From an uncultured Candidatus Peribacteria bacterium (GTDB taxonomy: Bacteria; Patescibacteriota; Gracilibacteria; BD1-5; UBA6164), in contig CAZGOC010000002.1 in assembly GCA_964527685.1 (NCBI GenBank), forward strand, positions 16,717 through 80,716: a DNA stretch of 64,000 nucleotides. The letters are read 5' to 3'. How positions within the stretch are numbered: the first letter of the stretch is position 1; every line of letters starts with the position of its first letter. Shown here piece by piece: positions 45,743-58,351 of this stretch. The notes beneath the pieces were generated by a model. That model was not told where the DNA came from and did not search any database. It saw nothing but the letters and a program-made list of their open reading frames with translations. The position numbers and the translations under genes are program-made.

Positions 45743-46324
45743 ATGAATATATTCACAAAAGTAATTTATACTACAAATAATGAAATAGAAAAAAAACTAA
45801 GTGATTTTTTTAATTTAACAAAAATAGAAAATAGTGAAGTAACTATTTATTCAAAACAAGAAACTGATTTTAATATAGTTTTAATTAATGAAGAAAATAT
45901 AAATAAATGATTTGAATATTTATTAAAAAATTATGAAATAATAAATTTTATTTGAGTTTGATTTTCATTACCTCTTGATACTTTAGAGTTAAATTTTTGA
46001 GATATAATAATACCAAATACTTTTATAAATCAAAAAAATGAAGTTGTTTTTTTAGAAAGTATAACAACTTCAAATTATGATTTGAATAGTTTTTGACTTA
46101 TTTTAAACTGAATTTGTATCTCAGTAGAAAATGAATTTAAAGATGAAAGTGATTTTGATAAATTAAAAGAATTTCAAGCACAAATATATGATAAAGAAAG
46201 CTTTGAAATAGCTAAAAATTTAAAAGAAAATAATTTAGATAAAAACTCTCTAATAATAAAAATAGTCTGAAAAGATAAGTTATTTATAGATAATTTAAAA
46301 ATTATTTTAGATTTGATGATTTAA
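45743..46324 (+). CDS. Hypothetical protein (weak nucleoside-phosphorylase-fold resemblance)
   Basis: 193 aa. ..INFIGVGFSLPLDTLELNFGDIIIPN.. is reminiscent of the PNP/MTAN G.aG...GD motif, but the match is weak. Confidence 0.4.
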
Positions 46325-46815
46325 TTTTTTAAAACATTTTTAACTAAATTTCTATTATCATAAGGAAATTTATAATTTTCTAAGTATCTAATTATTGCAT
46401 AATACATAGACCAAGAATTGTTTTCTTTATATAAAAAACTATTTCCTTCACTAGTTAGTGGATTAAATTCTTTTAATATACTTGATAAATAGTTATTTTC
46501 AGGAACTATAGGAGTAATTCAACTTTTTAGATATTGTTGTAATGAGCTTTCTTTATTATCTGTTACCACAAAATCAAATCAAGACAAAAAATCTTTTGAT
46601 ATTTCATTTGTTTTTATGATATTTATTTTTTTATCCATTTCAGATTTTGTTTTTATAACAAAATCACATGACAATTGTTCAAGTCCATCAAGTAAAAAAT
46701 CAATATTTTCTTCATTTTCAACTATAATCAATCCTGTTGGTTTATTTTTAAATTTAAAAAAGTCTTTTAGTATTTTTGAAGTATTTTTTTTATCTAGAAA
46801 TATATTTTCAGTCAT
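46321..46815 (-). CDS. Stand-alone GT-B C-terminal-domain-like protein (GlgA-like half)
   Basis: Track ORF 46579-46815 extended to 164 aa. ..GFDFVVTDNKESSLQQYLKSGITPIV..TSEGNSFLY..WSMYYAIIRYLENY.. parallels the C-terminal Rossmann half of glycogen-synthase-type glycosyltransferases. There is no N-terminal half. Confidence 0.4.
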
Positions 46816-46889
46816 ATAATTTTTTTAAAATCTAATATAAATATATTTTATCACATTATTTTTAAAAAATAAAATATTATAGTTTGACT

Positions 46890-48893
46890 TTATTTATTTT
46901 TAACTTTTAATAATTCTTCAATATCTTCTCTTATTTGCCCTACAAGTTCTAAATCTTTAATATCTGCTATTTTAAATTCTGGAATTCCTGATTGTCTTAC
47001 TCAATAAACTTCTCCTGGTCATCTTAATTCTAGGTCAATTTCTGATAATTCAAATCAATTAGCAGTTTTTTCCATAGCTTTTAATCTATCTGTTTTTTGT
47101 CAAGAGGTTGGAAATAAATAACAATAACTTTGATATTCCCCTCTTCAAACTCTTCATCTAAATTGATGAAGTTGCGAAAGTCAAAATCTTTCTGCTCATT
47201 CAATACACATAATTGTTGCATTTGGAATATTTACTCAAACTTCAACCACAGAAGTAGACGAAAGTATATTTATTTCATTTTTTTCAAATTGTTTCATAAC
47301 TTCTTCTTTTTCTTTTGGTTTCATTTTTCAATGCAAAAGTCATATTTTAAAAGAAGAAAATATTTCTTGTAAATTATTAAAAGTATTTATAGCATTTGCT
47401 AAATCAATTTTTTCTGATTCTTCTACTAAAGGAGAAATCCAAAAAACTTGTCTACCTTGATTTATTTGATTTTCTATAAATAATTCTATTTGATGTCTAT
47501 GATTATCATTTACAACTTTTGTTATAATCTCTTTTCTTCAAGATGGAAGCTCTGAAATAGTTGATAAATCTTGATCTCAATACAAAGTAATAGCAAGAGT
47601 TCTTGGGATTGGAGTTGCTGTCATATTTAAAACATGTGGAATAATTCAAGATGAATTATTTTTTTCTAAAATATCTCTTTGAGCAACTCAAAATCTATGT
47701 TGTTCGTCAATAATTACAAGTCATAATTTTTTAAAAACTACATCTTCTTGCAAAATAGCATGAGTTCAAATAATTATATCAAAATCTTGATGAAATATTT
47801 TATCTTTTATCTCTTTTTTTTCTTTAGTTTTAGTTGATCAAACAAGAAGTGTTGTTTTTAATCAAAAGATACAAAAAAAATCTTTTAATCACTCAAAATG
47901 TTGTCTTGCTAAAATTTCAGTTGGAGCTAAAATACAAGCTTGTATTTTATTTTGTTCTCCCCCTGTTTGTAAAATACTATGAATTATTGAAATTCAAGCT
48001 ACAATAGTTTTTCAACTTCAAACATCTCATTGCAAAAGTCTTTGCATTGAGTGAGTTTTTTCCATATCTTTTAATATTTGAAATAAAGAAATTTTTTGAT
48101 GATTTGTTAATTCAAAAGGTATTTTTTGTAAAATATCTTTTACTAAGTCAGGATTTAAAGGAATTGCAACTGATTTTCATTCACTATTATTTTGTCTATT
48201 TAATTTATTTGAAATTGATTTATAATTTATTTCAAATAATTCTTCATAAGCAAGTCTATTTTGAGCTATTTCAAAATCATTTTTTGAAAGTGGAAAATGA
48301 AGCAATTCTATTGCTTTTGACTTTGAAATAAAATTATATTTTTTTATAATATTTTCTGGAAGTGTTTCATCTATATATTTAATATAATTTTTTAAAAACT
48401 CCATTTTTGATAAAATCCAACTTCAAGGAATATAATTAAAATCTCTATAAATAGGAATTACCTCTCAAGAAACTTTTGATAAATTAGTTTCTATTTCAGG
48501 AGAAATAAAAGAAAGTTTTCAAAAATCATATTTTACTTTACCACTTACTATTACTTTTTTTCAAATAAGTTTTTGAATATTTTTTGATAAATAATCTCTA
48601 TTAAACCAAACTCATTCACTTAAAAATCAGTTTTTATCTTCAAATACTACTTTTGTAAGAAGTTTTTTATTTGAGGTTTTAGTATTTTCAATAGAAATTA
48701 TTTTTACTAAAATAGTGTTTTTTTGTTTTATATTTATATATGAAAAACTATCCAAAACAAGAGTCCTATCTTCTAAATCTTTTGGAAAAAAAAATAACAT
48801 ATCTTTAATAGTTTCAATTCATCATTTTTTTAAAGATTTTATGTAATTATCAGTAGTATGTAATATTTCTTTTGTTAAGATTGTATCAAGCAT
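46890..48893 (-). CDS. recG: ATP-dependent DNA helicase RecG
   Basis: 667 aa: LQGDVGSGKT, LAPTEILARQH, IIDEQHRFGV, TATPIPRTL, QLHQFRGRVGRG. In frame with track ORF 48177-48404. Confidence 0.9.
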
Positions 48894-48956
48894 TTAGATA
48901 AATAAAAAAATATTATACTTTTAATATAATATTTTTTTATTTAATTTCAATTTTAA

Positions 48957-49628
48957 TTATTTTCAAAATCTCCTATCACTTTTACTATAGCTATTTAAAG
49001 CATTATCAAGTTCTTTTTCATCAAATTCTGGCCAAAACTTTTTTGAAAAATAATATTCACTATAAGCACTATCATACAAAGTAAATCCTGAATGTCTAAA
49101 ATCTCATCCTGTTCTTATAATTAAATCTATTGGAGTTAAAAAAGAAGTATCTAAATATTTTCTAAATTCTTTTTCATTCAATGTATTTGGGTCAATATTT
49201 TGACTAATAATTTTTTTTGTAGCTCTAACTATTTCATCTTGCCCTGAATAAACTAAAGCGATAGTTATAATCTTTTCTTGAAAAATACTTGTTTCATCTT
49301 TCATTTTTTGCAGGATTTGTCTTGTTTTTTCTGGTAATTTACTTATATCTCAAATAGTTTCAAATCTTGCTTGATTTTTTTTAAACATCGGTAAAAAATC
49401 AACAAATCTATCTATAAGTTTTATAAGTCAATTAACTTCATCAATATCCCTTTTTTCTAAATTTTCTTTAGATAATGCCCATAAAGTTATTTGTTTAACT
49501 CATTTTTTAAAAGATAAATTTACAATATTCTCAGTATTTTTAAATCAAGTAGTATGTCAATAAAAACTTGGTTTTCACATATTTTTTGCCCATCTACGAT
49601 TTCCATCCATTATTATTCAAATATGCAT
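48957..49628 (-). CDS. uppS: Undecaprenyl diphosphate synthase
   Basis: 223 aa: IIMDGNRRWAK, ..DLIIRTGGDFRHSGF... In frame with track ORF 49104-49304. Confidence 0.9.
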
Positions 49629-49656
49629 TTTAAATGATTTTAAAAATTAAAAAAAA

Positions 49657-50667
49657 TTACACAACTATTTTGTCTTCAGGAGTTAATTTTATTTTTTTTT
49701 CAATTTTTAATTCTTTATTTTTATTGAATTCATAAAGTAAAGCTCAAGCAATTGTTAAAGATGAGAAAATTCAAAATAAAACTCAAATCATCATAACAAG
49801 CATAAATCATTTTAATGTTTCAGGTCAAGCAAAAAATATAGTTATTAAAACAAAAATAACTGTTAAACTTGTATAAATACTTCTTTTAATTGATTCATTT
49901 ATTGAAATATTAATTATTTCATATAATTTTTTTGTTTTCATTAATTTTTTTATATTTTCTCTAACTCTATCAAAAACTACAATTGTATTATTTATAGAAT
50001 ATCACAAAATAGTTAAAAGTGCTGTTATAAAAAAAGTGTCTACTTTAAATTCTAAAAAAAACTTTCCAAAAAATACATAAACTCAAGATGCTACAATTAC
50101 ATCAATAAGTTGAGTAATTAAAACAATTATTGCAAATGATAAAGCAGGAATTCAAGCTGTAACTCAAAAAAATGCATATCAAACATAAACTGTTATTCAA
50201 ACAAGAGAAATTGCAAGTGTTAAAATTGCTGTTTTTTTAATATATTCTCAAAAAGATTGCCCAATATTTGTATATTTATGAAGGTTAAAAGAAGAATTAT
50301 TTTCTAAAAGTGAATTAGAAACTATATTTTTAAAATCATTTTTTATTTTATCTCATTTAATTTCATCTTTTATATGATTATATCAAACTTCAACTACTAT
50401 TTTTTGTTCTCAAGTAACTTGATAAACAGAAACTGAATTTAAAATATTTTCATTTGTATTATTAAATACATCTTTTTTATCTTCAAGTTTTTTTATAATA
50501 TTTTCTAAATTTATACTTCAACTATTGTAAGAGTATTCACTTTGAGTTCATCAAGTCATATCTATTCAATAATTTTTTGGTGAAAAAATTAAAAAATATA
50601 GCGAAAAAATAACAAAAATAGATAAAATAATAAAATTTATTTTTCTGTGTTTTAAAATATCTAACAT
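49657..50667 (-). CDS. secF: Protein translocase subunit SecF
   Basis: 336 aa: GIDMTGGTQ, GYSINNTIVVFDRVREN. Confidence 0.85.
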
Positions 50668-50764
50668 ATTTGGAAAAAATAATTAATAAAAAATTTAATA
50701 AAAAATTTGATTTTATTATAGATTAAATACAATAAAGTCAATTTTTATTTATAAGTTTTTTTAA

Positions 50765-51571
50765 GTGTTAAAGAATTTTTTTAAAGTGTTTTTTAAAATA
50801 TTAAATATCTTTTTTATTATTTTAAGCTTTGTTCTAGTTTTTATTGCTATTTTTAAAAAAGAATGGTTTGAATTATTTATAGAATTTATGAGATGAGTTA
50901 TAAATTCACTCGGTTATTATAATTATTTAATAATCTTTTTTAGTTGATTTATTGAAGCTTTTCCTGTTTTAGGAGTTTTAATGCCTGGGCAAAATATACT
51001 CTTAATAGTTTCTTGATTTTTCATAATTTGAACAACTGCTGAAGTTGCTACAAATACTCCACTTAGTGAGATAAATTTTTTAATATTTTTTTTAGTTGTA
51101 TTTGTTTCTTGATTTTGATCAGTTTGTTGAAATTATATTTGATATATTTTATGAAAAATATATTGAGATTTATTTTTTGAAAAATACTGAATTTGGTTTG
51201 GGATATGAAAAACAGAAGTAAGTTATTTAAAAAAATGAATAGAAAAATGGTGAGCCTTATGAATAACTTTTTGAAAATTTCATCCATTAACAAGGTCTTT
51301 TTTACCTTTTATTGCAGGGCAAGCAAAAATGAAATCTAAAAAATTTATGTTATATAACACTATTTGATCTTTTTTATGGGCTTTTGTAATGGTTATTTTT
51401 TGAGTAGTTTTTATAAATTATTATAAATTTTTTTTAAATAATGCTTGAACTATTTCATTTGTTGTAATATTTTCTATTTGAATTTATATTTACTTTTTTA
51501 AGAAAAATCAATTTTTGAAGTATTTAGATGAAAAAAATAAAGAAATTGAAAGTATAGCAAGTAAAAAATAA
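50765..51571 (+). CDS. DedA-family membrane protein (GTG start)
   Basis: 268 aa: FSGFIEAFPVLGVLMPGQNILL, GNYIGYILGKIYG, ..GKFHPLTRSFLPFIAGQAKM... GTG at 50765 is the first start codon after the in-frame TAA at 50762-50764. Confidence 0.75.
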
Positions 51572-51620
51572 AAAATTTGATTTTAAAATATTTTTTTATA
51601 TACTTTTTTTGCTTTATTTT

Positions 51621-51707
51621 GCCCTGATGGTGGAATTGGTAGACACGTGGGACTCAAAATCCCATTCCTTCAACGGAGTGCGAGTTCGATTCTCGCTTGG
51701 GGCACCA
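51621..51707 (+). tRNA. tRNA-Leu (anticodon CAA), encoded CCA
   Basis: The cloverleaf was folded by hand. Acceptor GCCCTGA/TTGGGGC; anticodon stem TGGGA/TCCCA with loop CTCAAAA; long variable arm; T-arm GCGAG-TTCGATT-CTCGC; 3' ACCA. It is a local GC-rich island. Confidence 0.9.
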
Positions 51708-51718
51708 AAATAATTTTT

Positions 51719-51750
51719 AAAATAATCACTAGCTTTCTAGTGATTATTTT
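51719..51750 (+). terminator. Terminator after tRNA-Leu
   Basis: aaaataatcactag-cttt-ctagtgattatttt (14-bp stem). Confidence 0.7.
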
Positions 51751-51839
51751 TATATTATTAATAATTTAATAGAAAAAAAAATTATTGACTTTTACTCAAA
51801 AATAATTATAAACAAATAATATTAAAAATAATAACAAAC

Positions 51840-52794
51840 ATGAATTTAGATAGAAGAGCTTTTTTAAAAACAACTTTAATTTTATGATGACTTTCTAAAA
51901 TATCTTTAGTTTTTGCTTCAAAAATCCCAAATGAAGAAGTAAAAAATGATGTTGACCAGATAATAGCAAATGAAAATAAATTAAAATTCAAAAAATCAAT
52001 ATTAAGTGTTTGAGAAAATGAAATTAATTTTTTTTTAAGCTTTTTTAAATTAAATAATTCACAATCAAAAGTTGATGATTTTATAGAAACAATTAAAATA
52101 CTACAAAAAGAATTTTGATTTACTAAAAAAAGTATTGATTGAGTTTTATGAGATATGACATTAAAACAAATATATTTAAATTATTATTTAAAATAATTTA
52201 GAAAAATTAAATCAAAGTCAATTAAAAAGAATTGAAATTTACCAAAAAATGCTTTGATATGAAAAAAAACCTAGAGCTTTGTATAAATGATTAAATATAT
52301 TTAGTTACATGACTTATTATTGAAGGTGAAATAAAGAACCTAAAGAAAATACCTTTATAAATCAAGATTTATTTTGATTAGTTCCTCAAAATATTGACCA
52401 AAAAATAAATAAAATTTTAGTTTATAAATTAAACAATAAATTTATTTTAGCTTTTTATATTAATTGAAACCTTCATTTATCTACTTTTGTTTCTCCTTGA
52501 ACATTAAATAATAAAACTCCTAAATTAAATACATTTTGACAAAAAAATCCAGATTTATACCATACTTCAAGTAAGCATCCTGTAAAATGATGAAAAAAAT
52601 GATGAGCAATTATGCCTTATGCTGTTCATGTAGATTGATCTATCTGGCTTCATTGAAGTGATTGACAAATTGATTGATTAAGTCATTCTCATTGATGTAT
52701 AAGAGTCCCTTTATTTTATATAGATGAGATTTATAATCAAGTTTCAAAATTATGAATAAAAAATGTTTTAATAGATACTAAAAATATTTACTAA
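51840..52794 (+). CDS. L,D-transpeptidase (PG-binding plus YkuD domains) with an apparent frame break at about 52194
   Basis: Part 1 (51840-52196): Tat-like signal MNLDRRAFLKTTLIL and the PG_binding_1-like ..IKILQKEFGFTKKSIDGVLGDMTLKQIY... It stops at TAA 52194-52196. Part 2 is open in the +1 frame from 52192 to TAA 52792-52794 and ends with the YkuD catalytic motif ..SIWLHGSDGQIDGLSHSHGCIRVP... Its first ATG is at 52249. Confidence 0.7.
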
Positions 52795-52858
52795 AATTTG
52801 ATTTTTTAAAAAAAATCATATAATTTCAATACTTTTTTAATTTTTAAAAATAAACAAA

Positions 52859-53305
52859 ATGGAAACTACATTAGTGTTATTAAAACCAGATACTGTTCAA
52901 AGATGACTAATTGGTCAAATTATTTCAAGATTTGAAAATAAATGATTAAAAATAGTTTGATTAAAAATGATGTCTTTATCTGAAGCAATAGTAAATGAGC
53001 ATTATGATTTTTTAATGGATAAACCTTTTTTCCCAAAAATAAAATCATATATGACTTCATCTCCTGTTGTTGCTTTAGTTTTAGCTTGAACAGATGTTGT
53101 AAAAACTGTTAGAAATTTAACTTGAGCTACAAATCCAAGTGATGCGCTACCTGGATCAATTAGATGAGATTTTGCACTTACTATAGATGCTAATATAATT
53201 CATGCTTCTGATTCAAGAGAAACAGCTGCAATTGAAATAAAAAGATTTTTTAAAGAAGACGAAATAACTTCTTATGAAAAAATTTCTGATAAAATAGTTG
53301 GATAA
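52859..53305 (+). CDS. ndk: Nucleoside diphosphate kinase
   Basis: 148 aa: TLVLLKPDTVQRGLIGQIISRFE, ..GSIRGDFA.., NIIHASDS (active-site His). Confidence 0.9.
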
Positions 53306-53339
53306 AAAAATAAATGCTTTTAAAAGCATTTATTTTTTT
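53304..53339. terminator. Perfect 36-nt palindrome; bidirectional terminator spanning both convergent stop codons
   Basis: aaaaaaataaatgctttt|aaaagcatttattttttt. Confidence 0.75.
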
Positions 53340-54744
53340 ATCCTTTTGCTGGTTCCTCAATCATAATTCACTCTATAACTTCTTTTTCTAATTTTTCATC
53401 TTTTGTCATATTTGATTTACTCCAATCTATTTTTAACATTATAATAAAAATTATTATTGTCATTATAATTGAGACTATTGGGTCAGACCACCATACTCAA
53501 TTTAGTTTTAAAAAAGTATAGTGAGATAATAAATATGCTATTGGTAGTTTTAAAATCCATTGAGATAATATAGTTGTTATCATAGGAATTTTTGTTTTTC
53601 AAATAGCTCTTAGAACTCAAGTAAAAGACATTTGTATTCAAATAAGCCCAAAAAATAATGATGAAATTCTAATTATTTCACTTCATATAAAAACTACTTC
53701 AGTATCATTTGGAATAAAGAATTTAATAATATTTGGAGCAAAAATAAATGAAATTATTCAAAGTGTAGTCATTAACCCAAAAGATACAAGTGCACTTATA
53801 AAGTTTACTTTTTTAGCTTTTTTAATATTTCAAGCTCAAATATTTTGTCAAACAAGTATAGAAGTTGCCATAGAAAGTCACATTGCAAAAATTATAACTA
53901 CTTGCAATACATTTCAAGCAGCTCAAAATCAAGCTAGTGCTTTTGTTCAAAATATAGCAACAATTCAAGTAACAATTAAAATTCATAAACTTCTTGCTAT
54001 CATTTCAATTGATGATGGGTATCATAATAAAAATGATGTTTTTATTGCTTTTTTATCAGGAATAAAATCTTTGAAAGATAATTTAATTCAATATTTTCAA
54101 GAAAAAAGAATTACAAATCATATAATTGTAGCAATTGATTGACTAATTAATGTCGTTATAGCAGATCAAATAACTCAAAGTTTTAAAGTCCAAATTAAAA
54201 ATGGATTTAATAAAAAGTTAATTATAAGTGTAAATCATACTATAAATATTGGTATATTTGGTCTTCAAATTCATCTCATAATTGATTGAAACATAAAAAA
54301 TGAAAATGAAAATATAAGTCAAATAAAGTTTATCCTAACAAAAGAAACTGTTTGAGTAAGTATTTTTTCATCAACTCAAATAAGCAAAACTATTTCTCTT
54401 GCAAAAATAAATCAAATAACTCATAAAAATATTGATGTAAATATTATCATGAGTAATGTTTGAGCTGCAATATGATTAACCTTTTCCCATTTTTTAGCTC
54501 AAAAGTATTGTGCTATTAAAATAGATCCAGCTATAGATAATCAACTTCATAATGAAATTGTTAAAAATAAAATCATTCAAGCAACTGTTACAGTAGCTAC
54601 AGCATCTGCTCAAAGATGTCATATCCAGTAAGCATCTGTTAAATGATATGCTGTTTGAAGTAAATTTGATATAACTATTGGTAGTGATAAAATAAATAAA
54701 GCCTTTCAAATAGGCATATCTGTTAAAAGATTTTTAGAATTCAT
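53338..54744 (-). CDS. MATE-family efflux transporter
   Basis: 468 aa: ..LPIVISNLLQTAYHLTDAYWIGHLGADAVA.., about 12 hydrophobic segments, ..LNGVWWSDPIVSII... Start and stop frames agree. Track ORF 54494-54709 is in a different frame. Confidence 0.8.
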
Positions 54745-54888
54745 ATAAATTTAAGTAAATAAAGGTTTACTAAGTATAGTATTTAAAAAAAAAAATCAAT
54801 TTATTTAAAATAAATTTAAAATTCCTATTATTAAATCAACCACTTTAATATAATAAAAAATCAACAAATTTTATTTAAAACCCCATAT

Positions 54889-54933
54889 TAATAAAAATAA
54901 AAAGCAAATTTTTTTTGCTTTTTATTTTTATTA
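54889..54933 (-). terminator. Terminator (20-bp perfect AT-rich stem)
   Basis: taataaaaataaaaagcaaa-ttttt-tttgctttttatttttatta directly 3' of the stop at 54935-54937. Confidence 0.65.
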
Positions 54934-54934
54934 A

Positions 54935-56377
54935 TTATTGTGAAACTGTAGTTCAATCTGCTTTAATTTCAGTTGATCCTCAAGTTTTAACTTCAGTTCA
55001 TTGTGTAGTTGATTCTTCTTTAGTAGTTTCATTTGAAGTTGATGACTCATCTCCAGTTAAACTATTAAATAAATTATCAATTTCATTTCAAGTTGATGAT
55101 TCATCTTTTAAGTCTTCAATTACTTCTTTTAATAGAATTAAAGTATTTTTAGTTTTTAATTTATCTATTTTTTCAATCATTTTATCTATTTTTGAAAGCA
55201 ATACATCATATAACTTTGATTTTTTATCTTCATCATAGCTAGATAATTTTTTTTCTAACATCAATCTAATTGATCATTTTAATTTTTCATTTTTTGCTGA
55301 AGAGTTCACTAAAACATCTTTTCATTTTACTTCTACTTTATTTTCTACTTTATTATTAGTATTAATAACTACATCTTTTATTGGAGTAGCAGAATTTAGA
55401 TCTATTTTTGCTAATTCTTCATTTTTTAAATAAACATTAACTCATTTAAAATCAAATTCTTCAGTTTCAATATATTGTTCAGTTTCAATAATTAATTTTT
55501 CAATTAAATTTTTTCATTCTGATTTTAATGATGCTATTTTATCAGTTAAAGAAGAAATTTCAAAATTTATAGAAACTTTATCTTCTTCAGTTTTAGCTAA
55601 TTTTAATTTTGAATTAGCAACTGATAAAGAAACTTTTAATCTTTTTAAATCCATAACTATTTTTCCAAAATTTTCATCATAACTTGAAGTAATTTTTTTA
55701 ACTTCAGCAAACTCATCTGAAGTGATATCTATTTTTAAATAAGCATCTAATTTTCCTAAAATTCATTTTTCTTTATTATCAGAAAAATCAGAATTTACTC
55801 ACATTTTTTTACCTCAAAATACATATATTTTTCAAACTCAATCATAATTAGTCCCTGCTATAAATAATCATGCTGTTTTTAATTTACCATTTGTTTCAAC
55901 ATTAACTCAAGCATCAACTTTTTTATAACCATATATTGTTCAATCAATTTTAGAGTTAGTTCAAATTATTAAATCTCAATTAACTTTAACATATCAAGTT
56001 ATTTCAACATTTGGTTCTAATTTTAAATTTCATTTTACTATAACATTACCTTTGATAACTGTATTAGTACCAATTGATAAATTTTTTTCTGCTAAAATAT
56101 TTCAAACCATTTCAACATTAGTTCAAATTTCTCAATCTTTTGCAAAATTTAAATCTTTATTAATTTTTGCATTAACTCATACTTCATCATCAGCATCCTC
56201 TCCATTATCTTCATCAGATGATTCTGAAATATCTGATGTTGCTCATACATTAGCATAATCAGAATAATCAAAATTAGTAGAAGTTCATGGCATTTGAATT
56301 TCTGAAGCTGAAGCTGAAGAAAAAGAAAGTATTAAAGAAAATAATACTAAAATATAAACTTTATTTTTATTATTCAT
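54935..56377 (-). CDS. Secreted protein with bactofilin-like beta-helix repeats and a coiled-coil C-terminal half (480 aa)
   Basis: Signal peptide MNNKNKVYILVLFSLILSFSSASA. ..LSIGTNTVIKGNVIVKGNLKLEPNVEITGYVKVNGDLIIGTNSKIDG.. resembles polymer-forming bactofilin repeats. A long K/E-rich heptad region follows. Same strand and directly downstream of batC. Confidence 0.6.
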
Positions 56378-56501
56378 ATATAAATAAAATTAAAATATAA
56401 AAAGAAGTTTTTTAATCTTCTAAGTTAGAATTTTAAGCTATTTTATTTTAATGTCAAATTTATTTTTTTTATCTTTACAAAATTATGTTAAATTGATTAT
56501 T

Positions 56502-57380
56502 CTACCATCAATCACCTTTTTTAAATCATTTTTCGTCAAAATATATATTATTGTCAAATATATCAAAAATATCTTGTGGTTCACTTTTCCCCTCCTTATT
56601 AAGCTCTAAATTTTGTTTTTCATTTTCTTTTAATCACTTTATATATTCTTTTATTTTTTCTTGCTCTTCATTACTTAATTTTTCTCATTTATTAATTGCA
56701 TTTTTATCTATTTTCATACTCTCTCATTTAGGTTGGATTTGCTCTTTTTCTCAAGTGCTATTTTCCTTTTTTTCATCTTGAGTTTTATTTTCTTCTTGTT
56801 GTTTCTCATTATTATCTTTTTTTTGGCCTTCTTTATTTTCCTCTTTATTTTTATTTTCTTGTTCTTGTTTTTCCTTATTTTCTTCTTTTTTCTCTTCCTC
56901 TTTTTCCTCTTTACTTTTTTCTAGTTCTTGTAATTTTTTTAATTTATCTAATACAAAATCATAATTTTTTTGAGTTTCTTGGTCTTTTTTTATATCAAGT
57001 GCTTTTTGATAATAAGTTAAAGATTTTAAATAATACATTGATTTATCTATCTTTGAAACTTGTTCTTCTCAAGCTTTGTATAAAGTATTTCATAAATTGT
57101 GATTTAAATTAAAACAATTTTTATCATTTTTACAATTTACTTTATTATATTTTTGTAAAGCTTTTTTATAATCTCAAAGTCTATAATAAAAATCTCAAGT
57201 TTTTAATAATAAATACTCATTTTTAGGAAAAACTTTAAGTAAAATATTGTTAATATAATTTCAAAATATAAAATTATTTCAAGGTCAAAAAGATAAATTT
57301 TCTCATAAAAATAACAAACTTGGTATAAATATAATAAAAAGTATCAAAAAAAAGATAAGTAATTTATTTTTTAATTTCAT
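56502..57380 (-). CDS. batC: BatC-like TPR protein with an E/K-rich low-complexity tail
   Basis: 292 aa: N-terminal TM; TPR-like ..GDFYYRLGDYKKALQKYNKV.. and ..YYLKSLTYYQKALDIKKD..; then the EEKEEEKKEENKEKQEQENKNKEENKE tract. In frame with track ORF 56751-57038. Confidence 0.6.
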
Positions 57381-58351
57381 TTTCTATCAAAATAATAAAA
57401 TAATATAAGGTATCATAAAAAGAAAATATATGAAATAATCATAATATATCTAGAAATATCTTGCTTAAATTCTATATTTTCAATTTTCAAATTAGTTGGA
57501 ATGTTTTTAAATGACACATTTTCTAAATCTTTTTTTTGTGAGATAATATAGCTTTCTCAAGAAAATATATTTTTAATTTTATCTAAAAAGTTTAAATCAA
57601 GCTTTGTTATAACTTCTTCATTAAAAAAATCTCTTAAAAAAATTGGATTTCATAACATATCAAGTCAAACAAAAATCTTATTTCATTTAGGATTTCAGAT
57701 TCATATAAAATATGTTTTTATATTTTGTAAAATAAAGTCTTTATTTAATTCTTTTAATTTAACTAAAGTATCATCCAACTCTTTTTTAGTATAATTTCAA
57801 TTATTATTTGTAGGTTCAAAATCACTTAAAACAATTACTCATCATCAATTTTCTCAAGTTAAAAATCTATTTTTTGATGATTTTAAAGCTTTATAAAAAT
57901 CAGAACCTCAAGTTAAAACTGATTTTTCATCTACAGAGTTTAAAAATGTTAAAAATAAATCTTTATCTAAAGTAAAAGGAATTATATCAACCACATCTCA
58001 AGCAAATACATTAAGAGCATATTTATTATTTGGATTATTTGATATATAATTTATAATAGATTCTTTTGCTACATCAAGTCTTTTAGTATTTTTTTCATAA
58101 TCAATTGCATTCATACTTTTTGAAACATCAAGCAAAAAAACTATATTTGAAGTATTTAAACTTTGTTTTTTATTTGAAGAAAAGTTATATGAAAAAAATC
58201 AAATAAATACTAAAATTAAAGAAATAACCAAAAAAATATTTGGCAATCAAGATAGTGAAAATAATTTATTTTTCTCCTTTTTATAAGTTAAAAATAAAAC
58301 AACTCAAATAATTATTAAAACAATAATTGCATAAAAAACATTGAAATCCAT
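57371..58351 (-). CDS. batB: VWA-domain membrane protein (BatB-like)
   Basis: 326 aa: two N-terminal TM segments, MIDAS IVFLLDVSKSM, ..RLDVAKE.., ..VIVLSDFEP.., and a C-terminal TM. Overlaps batC by 10 nt. Confidence 0.75.

Noticed and set aside
52249-52794. An independent YkuD gene starting at ATG 52249.
   Set aside because: It would lack any export signal, although the enzyme acts outside the membrane. The frame is open back to exactly the stop of the upstream Tat-signal/PG-binding ORF. A single disrupted gene is more parsimonious, but this remains a fallback.
54494-54709. Track ORF 54494-54709 (-), 71 aa, as a separate gene.
   Set aside because: It is in a different frame from the MATE transporter ORF (53338-54744), which carries the family motifs across this stretch.
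54915-55238. Track ORFs 54915-55238 (+) and 56052-56258 (+).
   Set aside because: They are antisense to the 480-aa secreted protein gene, whose start and stop frames agree over 1443 nt.
56551-56924. Track ORFs 56551-56781 (+) and 56733-56924 (+). I also considered the periodic GAA/AAA tract here as a tandem repeat or CRISPR-like array.
   Set aside because: The region is the E/K-rich low-complexity tail of the BatC-like gene on the minus strand. It has no repeat-spacer structure, and the plus-strand F/L-rich ORFs are its mirror image.
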